The notes beneath the pieces were generated by a model. The model was not told the DNA's origin, ran no database searches, and saw nothing but the letters and a program-made list of their open reading frames with translations. A program made the translations under genes and the position numbers. From a virus: a DNA stretch of 64,000 nt. Location: positions 1 to 64,000 of the IMG/VR virus record IMGVR_UViG_3300005366_000002; one strand, given 5' to 3'. Positions 43,727 to 53,883 of the stretch are shown here, one piece after another (the stretch's first letter is position 1; each line of letters opens with the position of its first letter).

Positions 43727-44740
43727 ATGCGTCTCCAAGAGGTCAAGACTTTCCTGACCAAGCGTGGCTTCAACGGCCTCCAGTATGTGTCGCATTCGGA
43801 GGAGACGAAGACCTTCAACTTCAAGTACACCGAGTTCAACGACTACCACATGGGTATCGAGCCTACGGTGGCCGCCAAGGGCCAGGTCGCGGTCTACAAC
43901 ATCCCCGAGGTCGGCAAGATCGGGGTGAGTCCCGCAAACCGGATGGTCCGGTTCATCGACGCCGGCAAGGCGATCGCCAAGAAGGCGGTCAACGACTCCC
44001 ATCTCGGATTCGTCGAGGTCACGCCGGAGCTCACCGAGTTGTTCAACAAGGCCGTGACCAACTCGACGCAGCGCGTGCCCTACATGAAGGCTTTGTGGCA
44101 CTACCTGAACACTGAGAAGTTCCAGGGCCGCATGCGAGAGCCGGAGTTGAAGACCGGTCCGAGGAGTGGGAGCCGCCACAAGAACGCCCGCGGTGTCTAC
44201 TTCTCGACGAACTGGCACTCGAACGGTCCTGGCAAGATCTGGATGGCCGACTTCATGTTCAACGCGCGCGAGCCGTTCTTCCTGGAGGTCTTCCTCCACG
44301 AGATGTGCCACCAGGCTGCGCGTGAGATCGACCGCGACAGCTCCTTCGACGAGCAAGGCCACGGTCCCGTCTGGCAGAAGTGGATGCGCCACGCTGGCCT
44401 CGATCCCCGCCGCTTCGACCCGACTGACGACTACGAGTACAAGAGCACCGACGAGACGATGCACCAGGAGGAGCAGCTCGACGAGCAGTTTGGGCCACGT
44501 CAGGACGGTGCTGCGCTGGCGAAGCTGAAGAAGCTCACCAAGTTCGAACCAGGCCCTTGCTTCTACGTCTACAAGTCGCGGGCCATCCGAGGCGTGCTCC
44601 AGATGGGCTTCGACGGCAAGTCCGTGATCTTCGAGTTCAAGAATCCGAAGGGGCAGACCCGCATGCTCAGCTGGAAGACGCTGAAGCTGTTCAACAGCGG
44701 CAAGCAGGGCGGTCTGATCCACTGCTACCATATCAACTGA
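43727..44740 (+). CDS. SprT-like zinc metalloprotease
   Basis: LHEMCH..GHGPVWQKWM; LN.EKF.G.M. Confidence 0.8.
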   Translation: MRLQEVKTFLTKRGFNGLQYVSHSEETKTFNFKYTEFNDYHMGIEPTVAAKGQVAVYNIPEVGKIGVSPANRMVRFIDAGKAIAKKAVNDSHLGFVEVTPELTELFNKAVTNSTQRVPYMKALWHYLNTEKFQGRMREPELKTGPRSGSRHKNARGVYFSTNWHSNGPGKIWMADFMFNAREPFFLEVFLHEMCHQAAREIDRDSSFDEQGHGPVWQKWMRHAGLDPRRFDPTDDYEYKSTDETMHQEEQLDEQFGPRQDGAALAKLKKLTKFEPGPCFYVYKSRAIRGVLQMGFDGKSVIFEFKNPKGQTRMLSWKTLKLFNSGKQGGLIHCYHIN

Positions 44741-44749
44741 GGACTTCTC

Positions 44750-46231
44750 ATGAACCTCTTCGTGTTCACCAAGACCGCGGCCGACATCGTGAACCAGCTG
44801 AGCCCGCAGCTGAATCCGGGCGAGACCATCACGTCGATCACGCCTGCGGCTGCCACACCGGTGACGGCCAACTCGCCGTCGCTCTCGATCTCCAGCGGGA
44901 CCGCCGTGCCCATCCAGTTCACGGTGACTGGCGGTGACACAGGCGTGACCTACGGGTTCCCGCTGACCATCGTGACCTCGCTGCGCACGTTCGTTGTGAC
45001 GATCGCTGTGAACGTCCTGTCTGACACGTTCGACCCGTACCCGAACGCGGACCCCAACTCGTACCAGGACCTGGTGGGCAACATCCAGGCCGGCAAGACC
45101 GCGCTGTCCCGTACCGCCATCGTGTTCCCCCCGACCTTCGACGCCTCGGGCGCCTACGTCACGTGGGACATCCTCGACGAGGAGGGCACGATCTACGCCT
45201 CGGGCAATGCATTCGACCTGGTGATCAAGAACAACGGGATCGCCAACACAGTCATTGCCCGCTCCCTGATCAACATCCCGGCTGACATCCCGCCGTCGCC
45301 GGATGCCCCGTACCAGCTGCGATACACGCTGAAGGTCGCCGGCCAGAACTTCTACCAGTCCGAGGCGATCCAGGTCACCGGGCTCGTCGACATCCAGGTG
45401 GGGACCGTCGACCAGATCGAGATGCAAGGCGACCCTGCGCAGCTCTCGCTGGTCACTTCGGTGCTCTACCAGAACTACGTGATGGAGCTCCGCAAGGACG
45501 GCGACCTGATTGCGAGCCTCGCGATCACCCAAGACCCGGAGCGTGTCCAACAAGGCTACTGGGTCGGAGCCTCCATGGACACGACGGCCATGGTGCCCAC
45601 GTGGGAGCCCTACCAGGTCGTGTGGAAGTTCTGGAACGACCCGAACCAGATCTTCCGCGAGGCCAGCTCTCTGTGGATCGTCACCGACTCGATGATCAAC
45701 GCCATCGAGGACGTGAAGTCCAAGGTCAACAAGGCACGGCAGACCCTGTACGGGACTCCTGACTCGCAGTTCCCGTCCACCGAGATCTCGAAGTGGCTGC
45801 GGCGCGGCATGGACCTGTTCAACGGCTGGCAGGGTCAGTTCACGTCGTTCACCATGACCAAGGCCAAGGGCGTCGTCCGTGAGTACTGGCTGCTCTGCGC
45901 CGAGAAGTCTGCGCTGGAGGCCCAGTACCTCATGGAAGGCGAGAAGGCGTTCAACTTCGCGGGCGCCAACATCAGCCTGGACGTGGACCGCACGTCCTAC
46001 CTGGACAACATGGCCTCGAAGATCCAGTCGCAGCTCGACAACGATCTCAAGCCGATCAAGGTCAACCTCATCGTGAAAGGAAATACCAGTGGCGATGGTT
46101 CCGGCCCGAACGGCGATGGGAACTTCTCGGCTCTCCAGCGCGGTGCGATGGGCAGCGTGCATCTGACGTTGACGACTGCGTCCCTGTACGGCGGTGGTTT
46201 CGGCTGGGGCCGTGGCGGTGTTCCCTTCTGA
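44750..46231 (+). CDS. Putative structural protein (beta-rich N-terminus, adaptor-like C-terminus)
   Basis: Thr/Val/Asn-rich and low in charge; late context. Confidence 0.6.
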   Translation: MNLFVFTKTAADIVNQLSPQLNPGETITSITPAAATPVTANSPSLSISSGTAVPIQFTVTGGDTGVTYGFPLTIVTSLRTFVVTIAVNVLSDTFDPYPNADPNSYQDLVGNIQAGKTALSRTAIVFPPTFDASGAYVTWDILDEEGTIYASGNAFDLVIKNNGIANTVIARSLINIPADIPPSPDAPYQLRYTLKVAGQNFYQSEAIQVTGLVDIQVGTVDQIEMQGDPAQLSLVTSVLYQNYVMELRKDGDLIASLAITQDPERVQQGYWVGASMDTTAMVPTWEPYQVVWKFWNDPNQIFREASSLWIVTDSMINAIEDVKSKVNKARQTLYGTPDSQFPSTEISKWLRRGMDLFNGWQGQFTSFTMTKAKGVVREYWLLCAEKSALEAQYLMEGEKAFNFAGANISLDVDRTSYLDNMASKIQSQLDNDLKPIKVNLIVKGNTSGDGSGPNGDGNFSALQRGAMGSVHLTLTTASLYGGGFGWGRGGVPF

Positions 46232-46278
46232 GTGACGAGCGACAATTTCATCCTCAAAGGTAATGAAAGGGTCGCTTC

Positions 46279-47100
46279 ATGTCAGACTTCTACGTGTACG
46301 CACTGCTTGACCCGCGCAAGCCTGGGAAGGCTCGCTGTCCTGGCACTGGCAAGGTCCTCCCTTGCCTGCCCAAGTACATTGGCAAGGGCCGTGGCATTCG
46401 TGCTGAGCGGTCTGCCAACGTAGAAGATCATCGGTTCATTCGGTCGACCAAGGCCGCCTGGATGCGCCGCCTCACCAGTGAAGGGCACGAGCCCCAGCTG
46501 GTCATGTTGAAGACCAACATGGAAGAGGCGGCTGCATTCGCTCTCGAACGCGACCTGATCGCCCACTTCGGACGCAAGGATCTGAAGCTCGGGCCTCTCC
46601 TCAATCGCTCGCATGGCGGCGAAGGGGCTACCCACACAACAGATGAAGACCGCGACGAGTACGTTCGCCTGCTCAAGCCTGTGAAGGGCTTCCGTCTCCT
46701 AGGGCGCATGCACGGACGAGGCTGCTATGCAAAGCATGAGTGCAAGGTCCACGGTGTCGTGGAGACTGCACCATGTCACGTTATGACTCGTCTCAAGAAG
46801 GGCATCCCTCCATGCCCACGTTGCGGCGAGACTGCTCGCGGCCCACAGATCCGTGTCCATCGACTGGCAAACGGCGAGGCCTCCTACAAGGCCTACCTTG
46901 CCTCGAAGTTCAAGACCAAGCAGTACCGCCTCGACGGCCCTTACCTGGGCGCGGTCAAGCACACTGAGCATTGGTGTGCTGTGCATGGTCAGTTCAAGAT
47001 CACACCTTCCAACGTGAGACAAAAGCTCGACCAGGGGCTGACGCCTTGTCCGGCTTGCAACGCGGTCACGCAGAGGCATGGGCCTCGCCCAAGACTGTAA
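46279..47100 (+). CDS. GIY-YIG family endonuclease with Cys/His repeats, probable free-standing homing endonuclease
   Basis: FYVYALLDPR..YIGKG..R..E..LLN; two CxVHG..CPxC repeats; more A/T-ending codons than neighbours. Confidence 0.8.
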   Translation: MSDFYVYALLDPRKPGKARCPGTGKVLPCLPKYIGKGRGIRAERSANVEDHRFIRSTKAAWMRRLTSEGHEPQLVMLKTNMEEAAAFALERDLIAHFGRKDLKLGPLLNRSHGGEGATHTTDEDRDEYVRLLKPVKGFRLLGRMHGRGCYAKHECKVHGVVETAPCHVMTRLKKGIPPCPRCGETARGPQIRVHRLANGEASYKAYLASKFKTKQYRLDGPYLGAVKHTEHWCAVHGQFKITPSNVRQKLDQGLTPCPACNAVTQRHGPRPRL

Positions 47101-47103
47101 ATA
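47097..47103 (+). promoter_or_regulatory. GTAAATA phage promoter motif, followed by a hairpin at 47113-47128
   Basis: ACTGTAAATA upstream of the GT-nrdA-nrdB genes. Confidence 0.55.
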
Positions 47104-47153
47104 CGTCACAGTGCCCTCTCCGGAGGGCTTCCGCACCTGCACAGGAAACCACC

Positions 47154-48278
47154 ATGAACTTCGGCCGTGCGCCTCATCACCACCCTGGACCACGCGTCCT
47201 CTTCGTCCTCAAGACCCGCCCCGGTGGCGCCTACGGGTCCTGGGGCTACTCTTCCAACGGCGGCCCCCTCCCGTCCGGCATGAGCGTCTCGGTCCAGCAG
47301 ATGGTCAAGGCGCTGGAAATGCTGGGCGTCGTCTGCAAGATGGTCCAGGTCGAGAACAACAACTTCATCAACCCGGAGATCGAAGCGTTCAAGCCGACGC
47401 ACGTGATCATCGAGGGCTTCTGGGTTGTCCCGGACAAGTTCAAGGTCCTGGAGGCCCTGCACCCCGAGGCCGAGTTCATCATCCGCTGCCACTCGAACAC
47501 CGAGTTCCTGGCCCACGAAGGCAACATGTTCGGCTGGACCATCGACTACCTGCGCAACGGGATCGCCGTCGCGTTCAACAGCCCGGAGGCGGCGCGCAAC
47601 TTCGAGGAGCTGAAGAAAGACGAAGGCCTGTCCGGCAAGATCCTGTACCTGCCGAACTACTACGACTTCAAGACCACCTCGTCGGTGTGCTGGGAGTTCC
47701 TGCAGAAGCTGGTCATCCGCCACTCCAAGGTCAAGCAGCACGGCGAGTTCCACGTCGGCTGCTTCGGCGCGATCCGTCCGCTGAAGAACCACATGAACCA
47801 GGCGCTGGCTGCGCTCCACGTGGCAAAGCGCATGGGCCTCACCCTGAAGTTCTACGTGAACGCGAACCGCGTGGAGAACAAGGGCGACTCGCTGCTGACC
47901 GCCCTGCGTTCCCTGTTCAACCGCATGGCTCCGCACCAGCTGATCGAGATCCCGTGGATGGAGCACGAGGAGTTCCAGGCGCTGCTGACCGACATGGACA
48001 TCGTGTCGCAGGTCTCCATGTCCGAGACCTTCAATATCGTCCTGGCTGACGCCGTGTCCGTCGGTGTGCCGGTCATCGGCGCCAACATCCCGTGGCTCGA
48101 CGACGACTACCAGGCCGTGCCCAACGACGTGCAGTCCATCGAGCGGGTGCTTCACCACACCTGGCTCAAGAGCGGCAACCAGACGGTGCAGCAACGCCAG
48201 CGCCGGACCCTCAGCCGCTACGTCCAGCGCTCCAAGGACCTGTGGGAGGACTTCCTCCACATGCGGCACTGCGACTGA
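47154..48278 (+). CDS. GT-B (GT4-like) glycosyltransferase
   Basis: FGAIRPLKN; SMSETFNIVLADAVSVGVPVIG. Confidence 0.8.
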   Translation: MNFGRAPHHHPGPRVLFVLKTRPGGAYGSWGYSSNGGPLPSGMSVSVQQMVKALEMLGVVCKMVQVENNNFINPEIEAFKPTHVIIEGFWVVPDKFKVLEALHPEAEFIIRCHSNTEFLAHEGNMFGWTIDYLRNGIAVAFNSPEAARNFEELKKDEGLSGKILYLPNYYDFKTTSSVCWEFLQKLVIRHSKVKQHGEFHVGCFGAIRPLKNHMNQALAALHVAKRMGLTLKFYVNANRVENKGDSLLTALRSLFNRMAPHQLIEIPWMEHEEFQALLTDMDIVSQVSMSETFNIVLADAVSVGVPVIGANIPWLDDDYQAVPNDVQSIERVLHHTWLKSGNQTVQQRQRRTLSRYVQRSKDLWEDFLHMRHCD

Positions 48279-48326
48279 GCTGCTGCACCCTGACAGATCA
48301 TCGACCAACTACCTGGATCCAAACAC

Positions 48327-50690
48327 ATGGACAAGACCGAATCGACTGCTGCCCTCTCGTTCGCTGGTGAACAAGGAGCCGCACCGGCTCCCAAGCCGAC
48401 GTCGAAGGGCCGCGTGACCAAGCGCAACGGCTCGCTGCAAGAACGGGACATCAACAAGATCCACGCCGTGCTGAACTGGGCGGTCAACGGTGACGAGAAC
48501 CTGCCACCCATCAAGGGCGTGTCGGTCGCCGACATCGAGGCCAACGCGGAGCTCAAGTTCTTCGACAAGATGAAGACGTCGGAGATCCACGACACGCTCA
48601 TCGCGTCGACGCGTGACCTGATCTCCGAGGACTATCCCAACTACGACCACGTGGCGGCCCGCCTCGTCTGGTTCAAGGTCCGCAAGGAAGCGTTCGCCGA
48701 CAAGAAGCCGCCGCATCTGAGCTACGTGATCGCGAAGAACGTCCGCATGAAGTTCTACGATCCGGCGATCTACGACCTCTACACGGAGGACGAGATCGAC
48801 CAGCTGAACCGCATGATCGACCACACGCGCGACGACCTGTTCCGCTACGCCGGCGCCGAGCAGATGCGCCTCAAGTACCTGTGCCAGAACCGCAAGACCC
48901 GGAAGCCCACCGAGTCCTTCCAGTTCCCGTACATCATGGTGGCCGCGACCCTGTGCTCCAACGAGCCGCGCGAGACCCGCATGCAGGCCATCAAGGACTA
49001 CTACGACGCGATCTCGACGCACCGCCTCAGCGAGCCCACGCCGGTCATGGCAGGTGTCCGCTCGCTGGTCAAGCAGTTCTCCAGCTGCGTCGTCATCTCC
49101 GCTGGCGACAGCCTGGACTCGATCGAACGGGCTGGTCAGGCGATCCTCCGCTACGCATCGAAGAAGGCCGGCATCGGCATCGACGGCGGCCGCATCCGTG
49201 CGGTGAACCAACCGATCCGTGGCGGTGAAGCGATCTCGACCGGCCAGATCCCGTTCATCAAGAAGTTCAACGGCGATCTCAAGAGCTCGGCCCAGGGTGG
49301 CGTCCGCGGTGCCTCTGCGACCTACAACTACATGTTCTGGCATCTGGAGCTGGAGTCGCTCATCGAGCTGAAGAACGAGAAGGGCACCGAGGAAACGCGC
49401 GTCCGCACGCTCGACTACGTGCCGGCCTTCAACCTCGTGTTCTTCGAGCGGTGGCGTGACGGTCGCGACATCACCCTGTTCTCGCCGGAGGACGTGCCTG
49501 GTCTCTACGATGCGTTTTACAGCTCCAACGTCGACGAGTTCCGTCGCCTCTACGAGAAGTACGAGGGTGACAGCCGGATCACCAAGCGGTCCATCCCTGC
49601 CGAACTGGTCGCCCAGAAGTTCGTGCTCGAACGGTTCGAGACAGGGCGCGTCTACTGCATGTTCGCCGACACGGTCAACACGCAGACGCCGTTCCTGGAG
49701 CCGGTGACGAGCACCAACCTGTGCGTCGAGATCTGCCTGGCGACCACTCCTGTGTCGTCGGAAGATCACAGCATCGGCCGCATCGCGCTCTGCACCCTGG
49801 GCGCGATCAACCTCGGCAAGGTCGACATCTCGACTGCCGAAGGCCGCGAAGCTCTGCGTCGCGACTGCCGAATCGCCGTGCGCACCAAGGATGCGCTCCT
49901 GACCTATCAGGACTACCCGCTCGAGGAAGCGCGTCTCAGCGTCGAGGAGTACCGTCCGCTGGGCATCGGCGTCATCGGGTTCGCCCACTGGCTCGTCAAG
50001 AACGGGCTGCGCTGGGGCGAGGCGAAGACCATCGAGGCGGTCAACCTGCTGTACGAGCACATCAGCTACTACCTCATCGAGGCTTCTGTCGAGCTGGCGG
50101 AAGAGCTGGGTCCGTGCAAGAAGGAGACCAAGTACAGCCGTGGCTGGTTCCCCTGGGAGTCGTCGAAGCTGGTGCTCCCGAAAACCCTGGATTGGGAAGC
50201 GCTTCGCAAGCGCATGATCGCCGCCGGTGGTACTCGCAACGCCACGCTGATGGCCGGCATGCCCAGCGAGACCAGTTCTCAACTGGCGAACGAGACCAAC
50301 GGCGTGGAACCTCCGAAGGACCTGGTGTCGACCAAGGACTCGAAGGACGGATCGCTCCCGCAGGTCGTGCCGGACTTCGCCAAGTACAACCACCTGTACG
50401 AGACCCTGTGGGACGTCAATCCCATCGCGTACCTCAAGACTCTGGCCCCGGTCCAGCACTACTACGACCAGGCCATCAGCGCCAACACGTCGTTCGACCC
50501 GATGAAGATGAGCCGCGATCCGGCGACCGACAAGGTACTGCTGTCCAACTTCGCCGAGGTGTTCTGCCTGGCCTACGAGCTGGGCTACAAGACGCTCTAC
50601 TACTCGAACGTGCGGAAGCCGAAGCTGGCTGACGGGTCCGAACCGGCAGAAGCCGACGACGGCTGCGAAAGCGGCGCCTGCAAGATCTGA
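48327..50690 (+). CDS. nrdA: Ribonucleotide reductase class Ia alpha subunit
   Basis: ATP cone VTKRNG, FSSC, NLCVE, LCTLG, TLYY, C-terminal CESGAC. Confidence 0.97.
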   Translation: MDKTESTAALSFAGEQGAAPAPKPTSKGRVTKRNGSLQERDINKIHAVLNWAVNGDENLPPIKGVSVADIEANAELKFFDKMKTSEIHDTLIASTRDLISEDYPNYDHVAARLVWFKVRKEAFADKKPPHLSYVIAKNVRMKFYDPAIYDLYTEDEIDQLNRMIDHTRDDLFRYAGAEQMRLKYLCQNRKTRKPTESFQFPYIMVAATLCSNEPRETRMQAIKDYYDAISTHRLSEPTPVMAGVRSLVKQFSSCVVISAGDSLDSIERAGQAILRYASKKAGIGIDGGRIRAVNQPIRGGEAISTGQIPFIKKFNGDLKSSAQGGVRGASATYNYMFWHLELESLIELKNEKGTEETRVRTLDYVPAFNLVFFERWRDGRDITLFSPEDVPGLYDAFYSSNVDEFRRLYEKYEGDSRITKRSIPAELVAQKFVLERFETGRVYCMFADTVNTQTPFLEPVTSTNLCVEICLATTPVSSEDHSIGRIALCTLGAINLGKVDISTAEGREALRRDCRIAVRTKDALLTYQDYPLEEARLSVEEYRPLGIGVIGFAHWLVKNGLRWGEAKTIEAVNLLYEHISYYLIEASVELAEELGPCKKETKYSRGWFPWESSKLVLPKTLDWEALRKRMIAAGGTRNATLMAGMPSETSSQLANETNGVEPPKDLVSTKDSKDGSLPQVVPDFAKYNHLYETLWDVNPIAYLKTLAPVQHYYDQAISANTSFDPMKMSRDPATDKVLLSNFAEVFCLAYELGYKTLYYSNVRKPKLADGSEPAEADDGCESGACKI

Positions 50691-50709
50691 TCGACGACCG
50701 GAGAACACA

Positions 50710-51789
50710 ATGCAAACCATGTACGCGACCCCCACCAACCTGTTCTTCGCGCCGGGCGGCAAGCCCATCGCTCGCTACGACAAGCCGCGCTACCCGATCT
50801 TCGAGAAGCTGAACAAGCTGATGCGCAGCTTCCACTGGGAGCCGGAAGTCATCCCGATGTCCGGCGAGCGACGGAGCTTCAACTCGATGACCGACGCGGA
50901 CCAGTTCGTGTTTACCTCGGGCTTGCAGCGAGCGATCATGCTGGACACCAAGCAGGGTGAGGAGCCGTCCCGCGTGTTCGGCACCGTCTGCACCGACCCC
51001 TCGCTGTCGAACTGCATCACGACCTGGCAGCAGTTCGAGACGATCCACAGCGAGTCCTACACGCACATCCTGCGCGCCATCTACCCGGACCCGAGCGCCG
51101 TCGTGGAGCAGATCCCGACGATCAAGGCGATCACCGAGTGCGCGGCCGCCATCAGCGACGCCTACGATCGCATGGTCGCCCATCCTTCGAAGGAGAACCT
51201 GTACCTGGCGCTGTGCGAGGCCAACGCGTTGGAGGCCCTGCGGTTCTTCAACTTCTTCGCCACGCTCTTCAACTTCAAGAAGCGCCTGATGGTTCCCGGT
51301 TCCGGCGACATCGGCAAGCTGATCGCACGCGACGAGAACATCCACCTGTCGCTGGTCATGCACATCATCAAGGCGCTGCCCAAGGACGATCCGGAGTTCG
51401 TGGAGATCATCGGCGACAACCGTGAACGGGCCCTCCAGATCTACCGGACGGCCGCGGAGCAGGAGAAGGCCTGGGCCCAGTACCTGTTCTCCCACGGCCC
51501 GATCATGGGTCTCAACGAGGGCATCCTCTGCGAGCACATCGAGTATCGCGAGATCAAGGCGACCAACGGCATGGGTCTGACCTCGAAGAAGCTGCCGCTT
51601 CTCAACATCAGCTACATGCGCGAGTACGTCGACGACTCGGACAAGATCCAGGCCGCTCCGCAGGAAGACGGCGCGCTGGAATACCTGTCGTCTTCGTCGT
51701 TGCACAACGACATGGAGAACTTCGTTCCCAAGTTCGGGACGGCCAAGCTGGACCTCAAGGCCCTGCTGGGCGTCGGAGTCGCCGCATGA
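50710..51789 (+). CDS. nrdB: Ribonucleotide reductase class Ia beta subunit
   Basis: LDTKQ, ETIHSESY, LEALRF, RDENIH, APQE. Confidence 0.95.
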   Translation: MQTMYATPTNLFFAPGGKPIARYDKPRYPIFEKLNKLMRSFHWEPEVIPMSGERRSFNSMTDADQFVFTSGLQRAIMLDTKQGEEPSRVFGTVCTDPSLSNCITTWQQFETIHSESYTHILRAIYPDPSAVVEQIPTIKAITECAAAISDAYDRMVAHPSKENLYLALCEANALEALRFFNFFATLFNFKKRLMVPGSGDIGKLIARDENIHLSLVMHIIKALPKDDPEFVEIIGDNRERALQIYRTAAEQEKAWAQYLFSHGPIMGLNEGILCEHIEYREIKATNGMGLTSKKLPLLNISYMREYVDDSDKIQAAPQEDGALEYLSSSSLHNDMENFVPKFGTAKLDLKALLGVGVAA

Positions 51790-52208
51790 CCCAAGACCCG
51801 AAGGAGCTGATCAAGCTCAACGACGGGTCGGCTCCCAACGCAGTGGCGCCAACCAAGTGGGCGCCGGACCCTGCGCTGCGCCGCATCGTCTGCGCGGCCG
51901 TCCTGATCCAATGGGGCTCCAAGTCGCTGAAGCTGGTGAGTCCGCGGCACTGGGACTCGACGATGCATGATCAGCTTCAGCAGATCGTCGTGCTGGCCTA
52001 CCCTGCAGCGGAGACCTCGGAAGCCCAGTTCGCCGCCTGGGTCAAGGCCAATCTGGACATGGAGGGCCAGATCCAAGGCTTCGTCGACCAGTTCGGTGAC
52101 TTCTGGGATCGTAGTGACGCCTACTCGATCGCCCGGAGGCAACACCAGATCGTGCGGAAGACAGGCAACCAGGATTCCTGGGAGCTGTTCTCGGAGGACC
52201 TCTACTGA
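51786..52208 (+). CDS. Conserved phage hypothetical protein
   Basis: RIVCAA..RH..QGFVDQFG.F.DR..LFSEDLY. Confidence 0.75.
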   Translation: MTQDPKELIKLNDGSAPNAVAPTKWAPDPALRRIVCAAVLIQWGSKSLKLVSPRHWDSTMHDQLQQIVVLAYPAAETSEAQFAAWVKANLDMEGQIQGFVDQFGDFWDRSDAYSIARRQHQIVRKTGNQDSWELFSEDLY

Positions 52209-52711
52209 TGAAACCCGTGAAGCAGACGATCATCTACAACGACCAGACGATCGGCAACGGCGACTGCGTGACCGCCTGCTGGGCGTCCATCCTGGAGCTC
52301 CCGCTCTGGATGGTGCCTCCGTTCCACCAGATGTACGGACGCCCGGACTACAACGCACGCCTCGACGAGTACATGAAGCTCGTGCATCGCCTGCAGGTCA
52401 TCACAGTTTACAACGTGAACGTCCCGGCAGAGTTCGACAAGGACGATCTGCGGAACCTGCGTGATCTCCCGGAGTTCTACGTGGCGACTGGTCCTACGGT
52501 TCGCGGCGGTCACCACGCAGTCGTCTACGGCGGTGATCGCTCTGTGAGGGCCTCTGCAGGATCTTCCTGGCAGTCCATGTGGCCGTCCGACAGGCTGGTC
52601 CACGACCCACACAGCAGCGACGCAGGTCTGACATCCGTCTGGAAGATCATGTACCTGCGGCCTCTCGCCGCACCCGCCATCGACGTCAACAACGTCCCGG
52701 AGATCCTCTGA
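52208..52711 (+). CDS. Putative papain-like (C39-type) peptidase
   Basis: Q..GDCVTACWAS, HAVV, HDP. Confidence 0.5.
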   Translation: MKPVKQTIIYNDQTIGNGDCVTACWASILELPLWMVPPFHQMYGRPDYNARLDEYMKLVHRLQVITVYNVNVPAEFDKDDLRNLRDLPEFYVATGPTVRGGHHAVVYGGDRSVRASAGSSWQSMWPSDRLVHDPHSSDAGLTSVWKIMYLRPLAAPAIDVNNVPEIL

Positions 52712-52743
52712 ACTGGGACACCTGGAACTAGAAGGAGCAGCTC

Positions 52744-53121
52744 ATGGCTGACGATCAGAACACTGACACCACGCAGACCGCAACGGTCACCAAGACAGAG
52801 ACCGCCACAGAGACGACCACCGTGTCTGTCGAGGAGCAGCAGGTCTCCAAGGTTCTCCGCATCGCTGGCATGTTCTGGGACTGGTTCGACCAGCGGGACG
52901 TGGAGAAGCACCTGGTGGCCTTGTTCACCCTGTTCATGACGTTCATGGAGCTCCGCTGGGGCATGCACTTCGCAGAGGTCAACGAGGCGCGACCGGGCAC
53001 CGACATCGCCCTGGTTCTCGCTGCGATCGGCGTGCCGTTGACGGCCCTCCAGGCGGCTGTCATCAACTGGTACTTCACGGCGCGCACCGTTGCTGTCCAA
53101 CCGGCCTCGAAGGATCAATGA
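52744..53121 (+). CDS. Small two-TM membrane protein (holin candidate)
   Basis: Two hydrophobic segments; Thr-rich N-terminus. Confidence 0.55.
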   Translation: MADDQNTDTTQTATVTKTETATETTTVSVEEQQVSKVLRIAGMFWDWFDQRDVEKHLVALFTLFMTFMELRWGMHFAEVNEARPGTDIALVLAAIGVPLTALQAAVINWYFTARTVAVQPASKDQ

Positions 53122-53489
53122 TGGGACGCCGTCAGACCATCGTGAAGCCCATGCACTTCAAGATCGCAGAGTCGCAGGAGGACATCCTGCTGACCCTGCG
53201 GCCGCTTCCACCTGGCGCCCCTGTGGAGTCAGGCGACCGGATCATCAAGAACCGGCGGTGTCGGCTCGACGGGTTCACCGTGCTCGAAGATCCCAACTGG
53301 GCTCCTCGCTCCGAATGGGAGCTTCACAACCCGTTCATCGTGTGGAACGTGGAAGGTGGCCCAGTGTTCGTCGCAACCGACGACGAGCTGCATCGCCTCA
53401 CCGGCTTGGAGAGCTTGATGGTCCGTGGTGGTCTCCTCTCGTTCGCTTACCTGGATCGCAGGTACAACGGGTCGGACTGCCAGGGCTGA
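53118..53489 (+). CDS. Hypothetical protein
   Basis: ATGA overlap. Confidence 0.6.
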   Translation: MMGRRQTIVKPMHFKIAESQEDILLTLRPLPPGAPVESGDRIIKNRRCRLDGFTVLEDPNWAPRSEWELHNPFIVWNVEGGPVFVATDDELHRLTGLESLMVRGGLLSFAYLDRRYNGSDCQG

Positions 53490-53513
53490 CCAACTCCTGG
53501 GGAACGCAATTTT

Positions 53514-53876
53514 ATGTTCAACCGACGAAGGCCGTTTGTTCGCAAGAGCGCCAGCGGCACCGCCCGTATCCAACGTGATAGTTACTCCAACGATGCTCAG
53601 GGATGGTGGACGATCCGGGATGCGGTGTGGACTCGCGATGGTGGTCTCTGTCAGTCGCGTCGAGGTGGTGTGGTCTGTGGCAAACCTGGAAAGGAAGTCC
53701 ACCACATCATCCGACTCAGCGATGGCGGAACGACGACCATGGGAAACCTGATCACTCTGTGTCATGGCTGCCATGACGCGCGCCACACCCACCTGGCGCG
53801 CCAACCGGAGCGACAGAATGCCAAACCGAAGAACCCCTACGGGCGGAAGCCGAAGCTGAAACCCTACACACCGTGA
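53514..53876 (+). CDS. HNH endonuclease
   Basis: RDGGLCQ..C..EVHHI..GG..NLITLCHGCH. Confidence 0.85.
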   Translation: MFNRRRPFVRKSASGTARIQRDSYSNDAQGWWTIRDAVWTRDGGLCQSRRGGVVCGKPGKEVHHIIRLSDGGTTTMGNLITLCHGCHDARHTHLARQPERQNAKPKNPYGRKPKLKPYTP

Positions 53877-53883
53877 GGTCAAG

